A stretch of 64,000 nucleotides of DNA from Octopus vulgaris (GCA_951406725.2 OX597833.1:41850001-41914000), one strand, 5' to 3'; counted from the first letter of the stretch, positions 24,136 through 37,414 are shown. The notes: generated from the sequence alone by a model not told the origin. Made by a program: numbers and translations.

Positions 24136-24201
24136 CTGGAGAATGGGAAACAAAAAGATAGATTAAGAAATTGCTTGGATAATTAGGGATAGATGCTATA
24201 T

Positions 24202-24587
24202 GTGGAAGCACTCCGTCAGTTACGAAGACGAGGGTTCCGGTTGATCCGAATCAACGGAACAGCCTGCTCGTGAAATTAACGTGTAAGTGGCTGAGCACTC
24301 CACAGACACGTGTACCCTTAACATAGTTCTCGGGGATATTCAGCGTGACACAGAGAGTGATAAGGCCGGCCCTTTGAAATACAGGTACAACAGAAACAGG
24401 GAGTAAGAGTGAGAGAAAGTTGTGGTGAAAGAGTACAGCAGGGATCACCACCATCCCCTGCCGGAGCCTCGTGGAGCTTTAGGTGTTTTCGCTCAATAAA
24501 CACTCACAATGCCCGGTCTGGGAATCGAAACCGCGATCCTATGTCCGCGAGTCCGCTGCCCTAACCACTGGGCCATTGCGCCTCCAC
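24202..24587 (-). mobile_element. tRNA-derived SINE (head C with the tail shared with 18750-19072)
   Basis: A and B boxes; 11-bp TSD agatgctatat (24191-24201, 24588-24598). Confidence 0.9.
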
Positions 24588-24674
24588 AGATGCTATATAT
24601 GTTGTTGGTTAACCCAAGGTCAGCTGTTATAATAGCAAGATGGAAGTAGTCAAATGAACTTTGTTTGACTGGTA

Positions 24675-25092
24675 GGATCTTTTCGGTTTGAACAGCAGTT
24701 TTTTCTAGCGGTGCCATATGAAATTGTCACCCATAATTATGACCCTAGTATTGATCTATTGCATTTCAATCTCTTTTACGGTTAGGGATAGGAGTGGGGG
24801 GAAGGGTATCTTTTTTTTCTTCGGAAATGTAAATAAACCCAATCTGTTTCTTAAACAAGGGACATATTCATACGGCACAGAATATTTTCACCTCAATAGA
24901 CTTCATTGATTGGTTGAAATTACAGAAATTGAAGAAAAAAACCAACAAATATCATACAAACTATAGAATTTTCTCAATAAAGCCAAGAGAAAAAGATGTT
25001 TTATAAACACATTCTACCAGTATACGAAGTTTAAAAGTGTTTAGTTACGTGGAAATTATTTTTAAAAACTGCCGTTCAAACCGAAAAGATCC
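24675..25092. mobile_element. Non-autonomous DNA transposon with GG-start TIRs and 8-bp TSD (Merlin-like), copy 1
   Basis: TIR GGATCTTTTCGGTTTGAAC(G/A)GCAGTTTTT; TSD gactggta / gactggtg. Confidence 0.85.
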
Positions 25093-25883
25093 GACTGGTG
25101 TCCTCGTCATGATCATCCACTCCTTTTTCAAACATGGGGTATCTAGGCTACATTAACTAACATGACATTCCTTTTTTATGATAGTGTAATGTACTTAGAG
25201 GGAGATGTGATTGTTATTTCTAGCAGATCAAACAATTCTGTATAGACCTTTGCAGACTCAGTGGTAGTAGTAGTAGTTGTGGTGGTGATCATGGTGGTAG
25301 TGGTGGCCATGATGGATTCAGTGCTGATGGTGGTGTGTTGTTTTTTCTTTAGCTCCAGTTAAACAAAAAGTGAAGCCACTGCTTAGTGGTTAGGGCTTTT
25401 GGCTCATGATCATAAAATCATGAATTTGATTCCTGGCAGTGCACTGTCTCCTTGAGCAAGACTCAAGGATACTTCATTTTACTCCAGTTCACTCAGCATC
25501 CTTGAACAAGACTCAAAGATACTTCAAGTTGCTCAAGTTCACTCAGCTGGTAAAAATGAGTAGTACCTGCATTTCAAAGGGCCAGCCTTGTCACATCCTA
25601 TGTCACACAGAATCTTCTTGAGAACTACATTAAAAGTATGTATGTTTGAGGTGTACTCAACCACTTACTCATTAATTCCATAAGTAGGCTGTTCCACTGA
25701 TCAGATCAACTGGAACTCTCATTATTGTAACTGACAGGGTGCCAAAAAAAAAGGTCCAGTTAGCCCTAACTGAGCAGACTTCTGATCAAAGATGTTCCAT
25801 TTAACCATTCAGCCTATTATCCTTAGTTAGTATATCAATAGTATTATTGATATCAATAGTATATGAATAGTATTATATATGTA

Positions 25884-26056
25884 TATATATATATGACGGG
25901 CTTCTTTCAGTTTCCGTCTACCAAATCCACTCACAAGGCTTTGGTCGGCCTGAGGCCATAGTAGAAGACACTCGCTCAAGGTGCCACGCAGTGGGACTGA
26001 ACCCGGAACCATGTGGTTTGTAAGCAAGCTACTTACCACACAGCCACTCCTACGCC
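25884..26056 (-). mobile_element. SINE family A, 5' half; similar halves or decayed copies at about 18070-18222, 43533-43670 and 32165-32490
   Basis: Head through gaagcccgtc, ending at (TA)n. Confidence 0.8.
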
Positions 26057-26988
26057 TAAAAAAAAACACAAAACAAACTGCCTTCAAATCATCTGCCAAA
26101 GTTTATCTACTTTTCTCTGCTCAATTTGCTAAACAGAGAGCAAACTTGGTAAACTAGAGACAAAGTTTCCATTTCTTTATAGTTTTTTTTTATCCCTTCA
26201 CACATTTCTTCTCTTCCTATGACAACATGAATGTGTTTTGGATTCATTTCTGTGTACTTTGAAGGACAAGGAAGTGATAAGACATATGGTTATCTTTCTA
26301 AATAACCAGCTCTAACTATAACATAACGGGTAAGTCAGTTACTAACCACATCCTGATCAAATACCTAATAGTTTGCTGTAATTACCCTGCTCCCTATCCT
26401 GGCGACTCTCTGTCTTATCATTTCATTCAGTGATTTCCCTTATCATCTACATACATCTGTTCAAATTCTCTTTCTAACTTTTTTTCATGATTTTCATTGC
26501 TTCCTCTCCCTTCTATACTCTCAATATCTCTCCTCTTTTTTTTTTTTATCCCTGTCTGTCCCTTTCTCTATAAATGCCATATCATCTGATAATCTTACAA
26601 ACCTGCAATCAACTATCAGAGAACCAGCCTAAGAAACTTGACCTCTGCTGTAGCAGTGAAGGAATGGTAAAGAATGAGCACAGATTAGAAGGGCCTCTGA
26701 GTGCTGTGACAATACAGTTAGCCTTGCTTATGCATGATCTCATTTCCACATTTTGCCTAATTTGTTATTAGCACAGAGTTGGCACTTAATAACATCCTGA
26801 AGGACAATTTCCTTTGCTTCTAGGAATTTTATTGCAGCTTCCAGTCCATTCCAATTCTTTTCCCTAACATGCAAACTACCACACATGTTATTCTTCTTAT
26901 CCTCTATATATCCAAGCTACTCTCTATATTCCAACTTCACTATTACAAGTTTCTCTTACAGTTTTTACTTAACCTGCTAGAAATACCA

Positions 26989-27381
26989 TACTCTTTTACT
27001 CTTTTACTTGTTTCAGTCATTTGACTGCGGCCATGCTGGAGCACCGCCTTTAATCGAGCAACTCGACCCCGGGACTTATTCTTTTGTAAGCCCAGTACTT
27101 ATTCTATCGGTCTCTTTTGCCGAACCGCTAAGTAACGGGAACATAAACACACCAGCATCGGTTGTCAAGCAATGCTAGGGGGACAAACACAGACACACAA
27201 AAACACATACATATACATATATATATATACATATATGCGACAGGCTTCTTTCAGTTTCCGTCAACCAAATCCACTCACAAGGCTTTGGTTGGCCCGGGGC
27301 TATAGCAGAAGACACTTGCCCAAGATGCCACGCAGTGGGACTGAACCTGGAACCATGTGGTTGGTTAGCAAGCTACTTACC
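26989..27381 (-). mobile_element. SINE family A
   Basis: Reverse complement of family A. Confidence 0.9.
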
Positions 27382-28146
27382 ACGTCAAAAAAACCCCCCC
27401 GAAAAACAAAAAGATACATCTCAATAAAAGATGGGACTGTTACAACTGGAATACCTTTGATTATAGATCTGCTTGATCAAAATTAACCTGAGGCTAAACA
27501 AAAATTTTACTAAACCAACACTCACCTCTCTCATTTAGATACCAAAAACAAATATCTTCAGTACTCTAAGATCATCTTTATCTCTACTCTCTAAACTCTT
27601 CCAACCAATAGCAGTTGTTTTAATTTCTCCCAATCCACAATGAAGATATCAATTTCAATTCACTTTCAAACCATCCAGCAGGTAATGACTTCATCCATTT
27701 TATATTAACAGCCCCTGATAGTAAATGTACTTCAGACTCACACCTTCTAAGATGTCTGAGTGTCCAAAATCATCCTTCAAGGCATGACCCTTCAAATTCT
27801 TCACGCAATCAAAACCCATAACCTCAAGTGTGTGTGTGTGGGAGAGGGAGAGAGACTGAGAAAGAGAGAGAGAGAGAGTAAGAGAAAGAAAGAGAGAGAG
27901 ACAGTACATACATACCTATATATATATAAATTTAATGTACAATTTATGGATTTATATAGACCAGTGACATTCACAAAAAAATCTCCTTTAGTGGATCCGG
28001 CTTAGGATTGCCACCGAAATTTAGAAATAGCAGTTATCCTAATTATAATTATACTTATAATTATAAAATTTTTGTATAAGGTTACCAATAATGGTTCTTT
28101 TAACATACCAAACTACTTGGTGAAATTATTAATTAATTTTACCCTT

Positions 28147-28188
<42 letters not shown>

Positions 28189-28347
28189 CACATTGATGAA
28201 TTGCTCTACTAGAGAACTCACTTGTGGAACAACTCAGACAGATTATAAGTAAAAACTTGCAACTGATTTGACCACATGGGAGTTCTCTACATGGCAAATG
28301 CTTGTCTCTTCCCATTACCTATGAGGTTCAATAATAATTCAACTAAC

Positions 28348-28539
28348 CTGCCATGAACCACCAGGTGACCATTTTCCTAGAACAAGGTGTGGGATCTCAT
28401 GCTGTCTGTCATATACCCATGTCAGCAGAGAGGGATTTAGTGCCCCATGATCAGCGTCTGGGTGTAACATATGATCAAACAAAACAGCAACAGGGTTCAG
28501 TGAACGTCCTTCAAGTCCTTGGGCCAAATCATATAAATC
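28348..28539 (-). CDS. OSGIN: OSGIN-family exon 3 (DLYDLAQGLEGRSLNPVAVLFD...HLVLGKWSPGGSWQ)
   Basis: TTTCTAG acceptor and CAG|GTTAGT donor; 192 bp, phase 0 to 0. Carries the GLEGRSxNPVAxLFD and IPHxVLG..PGGxW motifs of OSGIN. Confidence 0.93.
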
Positions 28540-30891
28540 CTAGAAATGAAAAGAAATAAAAAGATATGTCATACGACCTGTAAACAATAAATGGGTGTTG
28601 GATCAAATCTGTATTTAGATACATTGGCATTTCTCTGCTGGGGTTATTTATTTGTTGATATTTAATAGTTTTAAATAAATCACATAGTGCTGCCATGGCT
28701 TGAGTGGCAGATTAGCTGAACTGCTAAAGCATTAGACAAAATACTTAGTGACATTTCTTCTAGCTCTTTACATTCTGAGTTCAAATATTGCCAAGGCTGG
28801 CTTTGCATTTCAGCCTTTTGGGGTTGATGAAATAAGTATGAGTTAAACACTGGGGGTCAATGTAATCAACTAGCCACTGCCCACAAAAATTCAGGCCTTG
28901 TGCCCATATCATCACCACCGACATTTAATCTCCATTTTCCATGCTGGCATGGGTTGGACAGCTCAACAAAAATTGGCAAAGCAGGGGCCGCACCAGGTCT
29001 ATGAATCTGTTTTGGCTTGATTTTAATGGATGGATGCCCTTCCTAACACCAACCACTCGAAAGATCGTACTGGGTGCTTTTTACATGGTACCATCACCAG
29101 TGTGCTTTTTATGTGGTACCAGCACCAGTGCTTTTTATGTGGTATCTTCATTTTAGGATCTTAATTCTGTTGTGGTGGGTGCCTAGCAATGTGCCATAAT
29201 AAAAAGGATTATTATTATTAGGAAGAGGACTAGCAGGTTCATTTGAGCATTGGACAAAATGCCTTGTGGTATTTAGTTGTAACTTTTTACATTCTTAGTT
29301 CAAATCCTACTGAGACTGACCCTGCCTTTTATCCTTCTGGGATAGATAAAATTAAGTACCACTCAAATATTTGGCTTTGTGTCCATGTGAGAAAAAAAAT
29401 TATCATCATCGTCAACACAAATATTTTTCATCATTATTGAACAAAACTGGTCTCTTTTTTCCTTTATTTATTTTGAAATGAATTTCCTCAACCATTTATT
29501 TTGTATAAGCTGTACACTTTTGTCAGTGAGAATTTTTCCCACAATGCATTTCAACATAAGTAACCCAGTTATTTTTATTGAAGTCAACTTGGTGTCCAGC
29601 ATTCAACTTCATTAATAACCAGTTATATGGAAAGTATGACAATTGTCAACTTCTCTTTCTTTCTTGGTGTTGTTCTTGTGAAAATGTGCCAAATTTGGTG
29701 TGAAATCCAGCAAACAAAGTACACATACACCATGTTATTAAAAAACAAAAACAAACAAACAAAAACAACTTGTAAAGATAAATTAGTTGTGTAGAGTGGC
29801 TTGTGGTAGCCGTGTGTATGTGTGTACTGGAGATATTCTATCTAATGTGTTGAACCATTGCAAGTATTATAAAATTAACTGATGGCTCAACTAGCCACAT
29901 GATTTGAACTTTTTGTTGTCGTCACAAAACAAACAACAACAACAACAAAAATAATAAACCTGCTTCCTCACTACCCACTTCTGCCAGACACTATTTTTTT
30001 GTTTGTTTTTATATAATGTTATTTGTTATGTGGTTGATTAATAGGTGTCAGACCAAAATGGTGAAAAGATAGAGACAACGCAAGAATACAGGTTAATGAA
30101 GCTAACTGGAAGGTAGTTACATTTGGTCTCCGGAAAGTTCTATGGTTAAGTAAATGTGGCTCTGTTAATGCTGCTAACTAAATAATTCGATTATTAAGTA
30201 CTCTGATGTGAATCATTGTAGCTTCAGATTAATTTACCATGTCTGTGTTGCTTATTTTCAACAGTGTCATTGTGCAAATTACTACATTGTTTACTGTTTT
30301 ACAAATTGAGTTAGTTAACACATCATGATGTGGTTAATGGTTAATCTGGAATGCTCACCACACCAAACAAAAAACTGTCCAGTTTTGGAAAAAAAAAAGC
30401 AAACAAACAAAAACTGTTGATTTGTGAAACCTGAAAACTTAATTAAAGGTTTTGGAAGGTACCAGTAAATTTGAGAGCCATACTAGGCCAGCCTAGACCC
30501 AATTTGGAAGCTGATCTGATAAGAACCCAATAGAAATGCAGTTAGTGTCAAGAACTAATACATTTTTTTAAACTGTTATTGGTACACATCATAACTGTCC
30601 AAAGAAAAAAACTACTAAAATCCAAGAGAGTTTGAAGGACATTTGACTTCACTCGGTTGTTAAATTTATTGAAACCTACAAACTCTCTTGGATTTTATTA
30701 CTGATATAGACAGGCCTTCATCTATTTCTTAGAGTCTTGAGGTTATTCTTAGAGTCCTAGGCTCGTTTTGTAACCACATGGTTTTGGTTTCAGTCCCACT
30801 GCATGTCAGTTTGGGGAAGTGTCTTCTACACCTTGCAAGTGAATTTAATAGAAGCAAACTGTGTAGAAACCTGTCACACACACACACACAC

Positions 30892-30950
<59 letters not shown>

Positions 30951-31117
30951 AAATGAGATAGGGGTTGAAAATTCAACCCACCATGGGATAATATATATCC
31001 AATATACTGCCAGATAGGTACCCAACAAGATTAATACATAGATGTTAAAAATTGTCAAACAATCAGTTCATCTATTGTATTATATGGGTAAAGGTAATAA
31101 TATTACCGTAAATTAAT

Positions 31118-31615
31118 ACTACAAAATTAGAGAATGGAGAAACATACTTAAATCAATAAAACATCAACTATCCGATGATACCCAATCAATACTTTAATAC
31201 ACCATTACATATGAGTAAAGGCATTATACAAAATGAGATATAGAGTAATAGTAAAAAGATAAAGAGATATAAGTAAAAATTTCAAATATAATATGCAATT
31301 AAATCAAAACTGACAGCTGTTTCGGCAGTGAGGGCAGTCATACCTCATTTAACCTATAAGCCATAAAGGCAGGTATAAATGAGGCATTAACAAGGATGCC
31401 CCACGGCCGAAACAGCTGTCAGTTTTGATTTAATTGCATATTATATTTGAAATTTTTTACTTATATCTCTTTATCTTTTTACTATTACTGTATATCTCAT
31501 TTTGTATAATGCCTTTACTCATATGTAATGGTGTATTAAAGTATTGATTGGGTATCATCGGATAGTTGATGTTTTATTGATTTAAGTATGTTTCTCCATT
31601 CTCTAATTTTGTAGT
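31118..31615. repeat. Near-perfect inverted repeat (arms 31118-31326 / 31406-31615), PLE inverted pseudo-LTR; tail 30946-31117
   Basis: Arms of about 210 bp with only 1-2 differences seen; both end in GCCGAAACAGCTGTCAGTT (hammerhead 3' half); flanked by (TA)n. Confidence 0.92.
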
Positions 31616-31626
31616 TATATATATAT

Positions 31627-31850
31627 ATACTTTATAATTAGGGTTCAGCAAAGATTTGCTTTACCACATACTGAAGTTTAGAAATAGCAGCCAAAGAACC
31701 TCAGCTATTTCCACTACTTTAAAAAGGGACTCCTGGAAAAAACAAAGTCCCTTTTTAAAGCAGTGGAAATAGCTAAGGTTCTTTGGCTGCTATTTCTAAA
31801 CTTCAGTATGTGGTAAAGCAAATCTTTGCTGAACCCTAATTATAAAGTAT
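31627..31850. repeat. Fold-back palindrome (105-bp arms, 14-nt loop) with a 3' tail to about 31942
   Basis: atactttataattagggttcagcaaag...aaaaagggact / agtccctttt...ctttgctgaaccctaattataaagtat. The tail ctacttggtgaaattattaatt..ttttaccctt also occurs at 28113-28147. Confidence 0.9.
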
Positions 31851-32775
31851 TACTTAAGTTTACCGTGAAATGGCCCTTTTTCATGCCAAATTCTACTTGG
31901 TGAAATTATTAATTACTACTTAATTAATTTTACCCTTTGTTATTATTGATAATATATATATATATGACTGACTCAGGTGGTAAACTTAATCTGTTTCCCA
32001 GTTCAACATCACCACCTGGCCCTGTAGGTACCGTAAGGAGAGTCCACTACATTGCAAGTATTTGGTCTAAGTCTTCTGTTTGGTGGTACCTCTCCCTCCC
32101 TCACTCACTCTCAGCAGCTCCAGAGGCCCAGTGAAGGGTTATGGGTATAACCTTCCTTCTTTCTAGCTTTTACTTGATTTAGTCATTCGATTGCAATCAT
32201 GCTGGGGCATCACTTTGAAGGATCTAATCAAGCAGATTGGCCCCAGCATTTATTTTTTAAGCCTGGTACTTATTCTATACGTCTCTTTTGCTGAACCGCT
32301 AAGTTATAAGGATATAAACAAACCAACACTGGTTGCCAGGTGGTAGTGGGGGGGGGGGGGCAAACATAACACAAAGACATAAAGATATATTCATACACAC
32401 ATACACACACACACTAGGCTTCTTTCATATTCTGTCAACCAAATTCACTCACTAGGCTTTGAATGATTGGGTCTATAACAGAAGACACTTGTCAATGTTT
32501 CAGGTTCATTAGAATCAACATCAGTCATATCCTGGAATCCATATCTAATAGTCTATATTGTATCTTGTACAACTGTGGTCTTGTACGAGTTTGCAAAATC
32601 CAGCTTAAAATGTTATGTTGTCATTATGATTATCATTGTTAATTATTGCTAGTTGAAAACACCATCATCACTACCACCACAACTTCATTTTAGATGTTCA
32701 ATGCAGAGGAAAAACAGTCCCATACTCTCTCTCTCATTACCTCAGCATGAAAGTAGATAACCATCAGATACTTAC

Positions 32776-32909
32776 GGATTCAACAACTGATTTCCCTTTT
32801 AAACCTTTGAGCTTTTCTTCTAAGAATGGCACTGAATGAGGCAATCCATTGTAGTAAGGACGGTATCCAGACAGAAGGAAAGATAAACAAATTGCAGAAG
32901 GTCCATTTC
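32776..32909 (-). CDS. OSGIN: OSGIN-family exon 2 (GNGPSAICLSFLLSGYRPYY...VVES)
   Basis: (TTC)n-CAG acceptor and GTAAGT donor; 134 bp, phase 1 to 0. The GNGPSxICLSxLLSGYxPY motif is typical of OSGIN1/2. Confidence 0.93.
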
Positions 32910-33054
32910 CTGGAAGAAGAAGAAGAAGGGGAAACTTAGCAAAATAAGTTAAAGCGAGATGTCTGAATTATTTAGGTCAGCTTTTTATACACATACACAC
33001 ATATGAGTATGTGTGTGTATATATGTACATAAATGTATGTGTATGTATGTATGT

Positions 33055-33107
<53 letters not shown>

Positions 33108-33282
33108 TACATAACATTACACACTCAGGTTTGGCTGTGTTCTTCTATTCACTTTGTAACCACATTGGTTTCAGGTTCCAGGCACTTAGGCAAGTATTTA
33201 TTTGTTTAAAAAAATTCTTTTTTAATTGTAGTCTCAGAAGAACCAATGCTTTCTATATGGAATTTGAAAGGCAGAAACTGCA

Positions 33283-33314
<32 letters not shown>

Positions 33315-35363
33315 AGAGAGAGAGAGCTTGCATATGGTACAAGTGTAAGGAATCATTTCATCTATAAGAGTGACAACATCAACACAAAATGACAAACATG
33401 GGTAGGAAAATATTTAAAAACATCCAAACAGTAGTGTCCTATTAGAGTTTTAATATTTCATACAGTTCTGTGACCTCAGAGAAATGTTTGTGACAGAAAT
33501 AACAATAATATCAACCACAACAATAATGTACATTATACTATAATGTTCTGTTTCCATCCCAGTCCAATGATCATTGTTCCACAGTTTTCTATATCCATTC
33601 CTGTTCAAAAGTTATTGTTACAAAGTGTTCTAACTCCATCCTAGTTTAATTATTTGGCCTCTAATCAACGTTCAGTAATCATCACACAAGTGCTCCTGCC
33701 AATTTGATTAGCAGAAACCTTTATGGTTCTGAGGCAGCAAGTTTGCAGAAACGTAAGCACGCTGGGCGAAATGTTTAGCGGTATTTCGTCTGTCTTTATG
33801 TTCTGAGTTCAAATTCTGCCGACTGCTGTCTCCTTATGCTTTCTTGTTGCCAATGGCATTTTTGACTTTCTGTCCATGACCTTTCAAATGACAATTCAGT
33901 TCTGTTGCAGATCTGCATGGTTAAGTTGCAAACTACTGTGCACCTGCAACTGGTTAAGCCTGAACATGTTGCCACTTTTCCACTGCCACAGGACTTTCAG
34001 AAACTAGAATGACAAACGAGGTCACCATAAAGAGACATCTGAACTTCACTGGACTATAGTGATAAATGCTTGTATGACACAAATACCACTCACCGAGTGT
34101 ACCTAGTGACAGGCCAAAGTGAGATGACCAGTAATCATGTGAAACCATAGGTTTTACATCAGAGCATCCCTGTCCAAGAAGGATGCTGTGACAACAGCTT
34201 GGAGGTCCCTCACTTTTGGTGGTTTTACTGCATACCTTGACACCAACCAACGATATTTCTGTATCCCCACACTCAAACTGTCACCACATATGCTAGTTAA
34301 CCCATTGTTGAGACCCAGACAGGTACTATTATTCTGGGAACAATAATGGCTTACACTTGGTTCCACATTCCTCAAAACCCAGGTACTCCCAAATCAGAGC
34401 CCCACAACAAGATGCAGCCTGAAGTCATCATTCTATATTCACTTTCCATGTTTGCACAGGCCGGATGGATTTTCTCCCTCAGAAATGGAGAATAAATAAT
34501 GAGAGAGATGGGGGATTAAGAAAGAACAGAGAGAGAAAGGTGAAGAAATAGTAGAAGAGTGAGAAAGAGGGGCCAGAAAAGGAGAGATAATAGTGAATGA
34601 GAGTAATATAGTTACTATTTCTAGCAAATCAAGCAAGCAGTGTAGAGATTCCCTTCATTAGCTTATGTAGTTAGTCAACTATTGTTAACCTGAAGTCAGT
34701 TCTGATTCAGCTGATCTATGATCTTCTCCAATCACATCCAGCCATCTGGTGCAGGGCCTGCCACAAGGTCCCCTTCCAGCCCACAATGTTGAATGAAAGC
34801 AAAGCCCTGGTAGGATGACCTAGTAGGAGACAAGTACAGCCTGCAAGTTCATATCTACCAAACCTTACGTCACTAATTAGAGATCACGTAATACACTTAG
34901 ACATGTAATGATTTATATTGTGGAGTGAAATGAGGATGTCCGCATATATTGAGTACTCACCACAGTGGAAGTAAACAGACTTAGAACAGGACAATCATTG
35001 TTCCTCTACTCACAGTGAATGACAGCAAAGTAGACTTAGAGATAATTGTCCTTCAACAATTATCTCTGATGACGTATCTATCCCAACTCAGTGTTTAGGG
35101 ATAATAGTGATGGTTATCAGTATTTAGCTCCAGGTTAGTCCTGACTGAACAGATCTATGATCAAAGGTATTCCATTCATGACCATCTTTTCTTTTTATAT
35201 ATAAAAGGCTACATTCTCTTTTTTTATAGTAAAACAGTAGAATGTTACTTGAGGGAGATTTGGTTGTTTTTTAAATAGTATTTTCCCAAAAAGATCTGTG
35301 ACCCCTTATCATCCACCACCTTCTTTAAGCAGCATCTTCTGGTGCGTGCGTACACACACACAC

Positions 35364-35422
<59 letters not shown>

Positions 35423-36258
35423 TGACAAGATTTACTTGGAAGTTCTAGTACTTTAAATTTGGGTTTCATAACTCAATTGCTTACAGAGTCATTTATCATC
35501 ATCATTATCATAACAAACAAATGAATGCTTTGGAAATGTTTTCTTACATTAACACAGTAACCTAGTTTTCATCGACCCAATTCCCAATCAAATTACATCA
35601 ACATTCCAGAAACATCTGTTCAAACCCATTGACAACTGTTTCTGTTGACTATGATCCAACTCCAGATGTAGGGAATCGATAGGGACAGACAGAGGAAAAT
35701 AATTATTATTCAAACATAAAACTTCTGTCGGAAAAACAGAACATATATTTTCCATACCATACTAAGTTTCTGTTTAATGGTTCAGTCAAAGTCTAAAAGT
35801 ACCAAGCACCAAGTGACCTCTTTTGCAGGGCTTCCCTAAGTGGTGGGAGGAGATTGTCTTCTGACAGGAGATTGGCTCTGAGTGCCTGCAACAGACTGGA
35901 TTCTGCTAAAAGTACCAAAGAACCAGGTGGGTGGTGTTAAACCAGGTGATAAATTACGTAAAAGTTTCACAGTAGGTTGCCTTTATTTATCATCACTTAC
36001 AGGGTAATGGAGCATTCACAGATTTACTATTCTTAGAAATAGTCTAGAGTTACTATTCTTAGAAGTGCTTTTAAATGTACTCCTTCAACTTTTCCTTTTC
36101 CTGGGCAGCATTTCTAACCTTAAAAATCCCTTATATATACACATACTTCCCTTAACACTATTTTCAGAAAACAGGAATAACATATTCGACATAAAGGAGA
36201 TTTTATCATACAACTACACTTTATTTATTTACATATTATTATCATTATTATTATTATT

Positions 36259-36466
36259 ATACTCTTTTACTTGTTTCAGTCATTTGACTGCGGCCATGCT
36301 GGAGCACCGCCTTTTTAATCGAGCAACTCGACCCCGGGACTTATTCTTTTGTAAGCCCAGTACTTATTCTATCGGTCTCTTTTGCCGAACTTCTAAGTAA
36401 CGGGGACATAAACACACCAGCATCGGTTGTCAAGCAATGCTAGGGGGAGAAACACAGACACACACA

Positions 36467-36509
<43 letters not shown>

Positions 36510-36671
36510 GACGGGCTTCTTTCAGTTTCCGTCTACCAAATCCACTCACAAGGCTTTGGTTGGCCCGAGGCTATAGTAGAAGACACTTGCCCAAGGTGCC
36601 ACGCAGTGGGACTGAACCCGGAATCATGTGGTTGATAAACAAGCTACTTACCACACAGCCACTCCTGCGCC
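36259..36671 (-). mobile_element. SINE family A
   Basis: Full-length reverse complement of family A. Confidence 0.9.
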
Positions 36672-37121
36672 TATATATATATATTTTTTGCTTGTTTCAG
36701 TCACTAGACTGTGACCAAGCTGGAGCACTGCCTTGAAGAATTTTTTGTTGAATGAATCAACCCTAGTATTTAATTGTCTTAAGCCTGGTACTTATCCTAT
36801 CAACCTATTTTGCCAAACCACTAAGTTATGGGTACATAAACATACCAACACCAGTTGTCAAGCAGTGGTGAGGGGGGACAGACATAAACAAGGCAGGGAC
36901 CATAACCATTTTTGGAACATTTGTGACTTGTAGGGGAAGGGGCAAGAATTATCCTTAAGCTGATGACATGGCCTCACTGTTTATAATAATAGACTGGACA
37001 AAATGTTGTATGATATTTGACCTTTTATGTTCTGAGTTCAAATTCCACCAAGGTTAATTTTGCTTCCATCATTCCAGGGTCAAACAAAATAAAGTACTAG
37101 TCAATTACTGGGGTCAATATA

Positions 37122-37354
37122 TATTTCTTTATTGCCCACAAGGGGCTAAACATAGAGGAGACAAACAAGGACAGACAAACGGATTAAGTCGATTACATCG
37201 ACCCCAGTGCGTAACTGGTACTTATTTAATTGAACCCGAATGGATGAAAGGCAAAGTCGACCTTGGCGGAATTTGAACTCAGAACGTAACGGCAGACGAA
37301 ATACGGCTACGCATTTCGCCCGGCGTGCTAACGTTTCTGCCAGCTCACCACCTT
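37122..37354 (-). mobile_element. SINE family B with a Nin/Deu-like domain; other copies at about 22738-22955, 23030-23235, 28700-28910, 41245-41450, 43710-43890, 55075-55268 and 61090-61508
   Basis: GAGCTGGCAGAAACGTTAGC..GAGTTCAAATTCCGCC..GCCTTTCATCC.TTCGGG.TC.AT.AA.TAAGTACCAG. Confidence 0.8.
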
Positions 37355-37414
37355 CACTGGGGTCAATATAATTGACTGATCCTCTCATTTCCAATTTTTG
37401 GTCTTTGCCAAGGT

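Noticed and set aside
31675-31695. TAGAAATAGCA resembles the Cas9 sgRNA scaffold tetraloop (also at about 13062 and 28022)
   Set aside because: The match is only about 11 nt, belongs to dispersed genomic repeats and has no tracrRNA continuation.
35039-35110. Hairpin GAGATAATTGT/ACAATTATCTC overlapping CTGATGA as a hammerhead or C/D snoRNA
   Set aside because: No GAAA/stem III/NUH arrangement follows, and no convincing terminal stem with a D box was seen.
36437-36736. Recurrent peptide RRASFSFRLPNPLTRLW.ARGYSRRHLPK in several ORFs
   Set aside because: Antisense translation of SINE family A, not a gene family.
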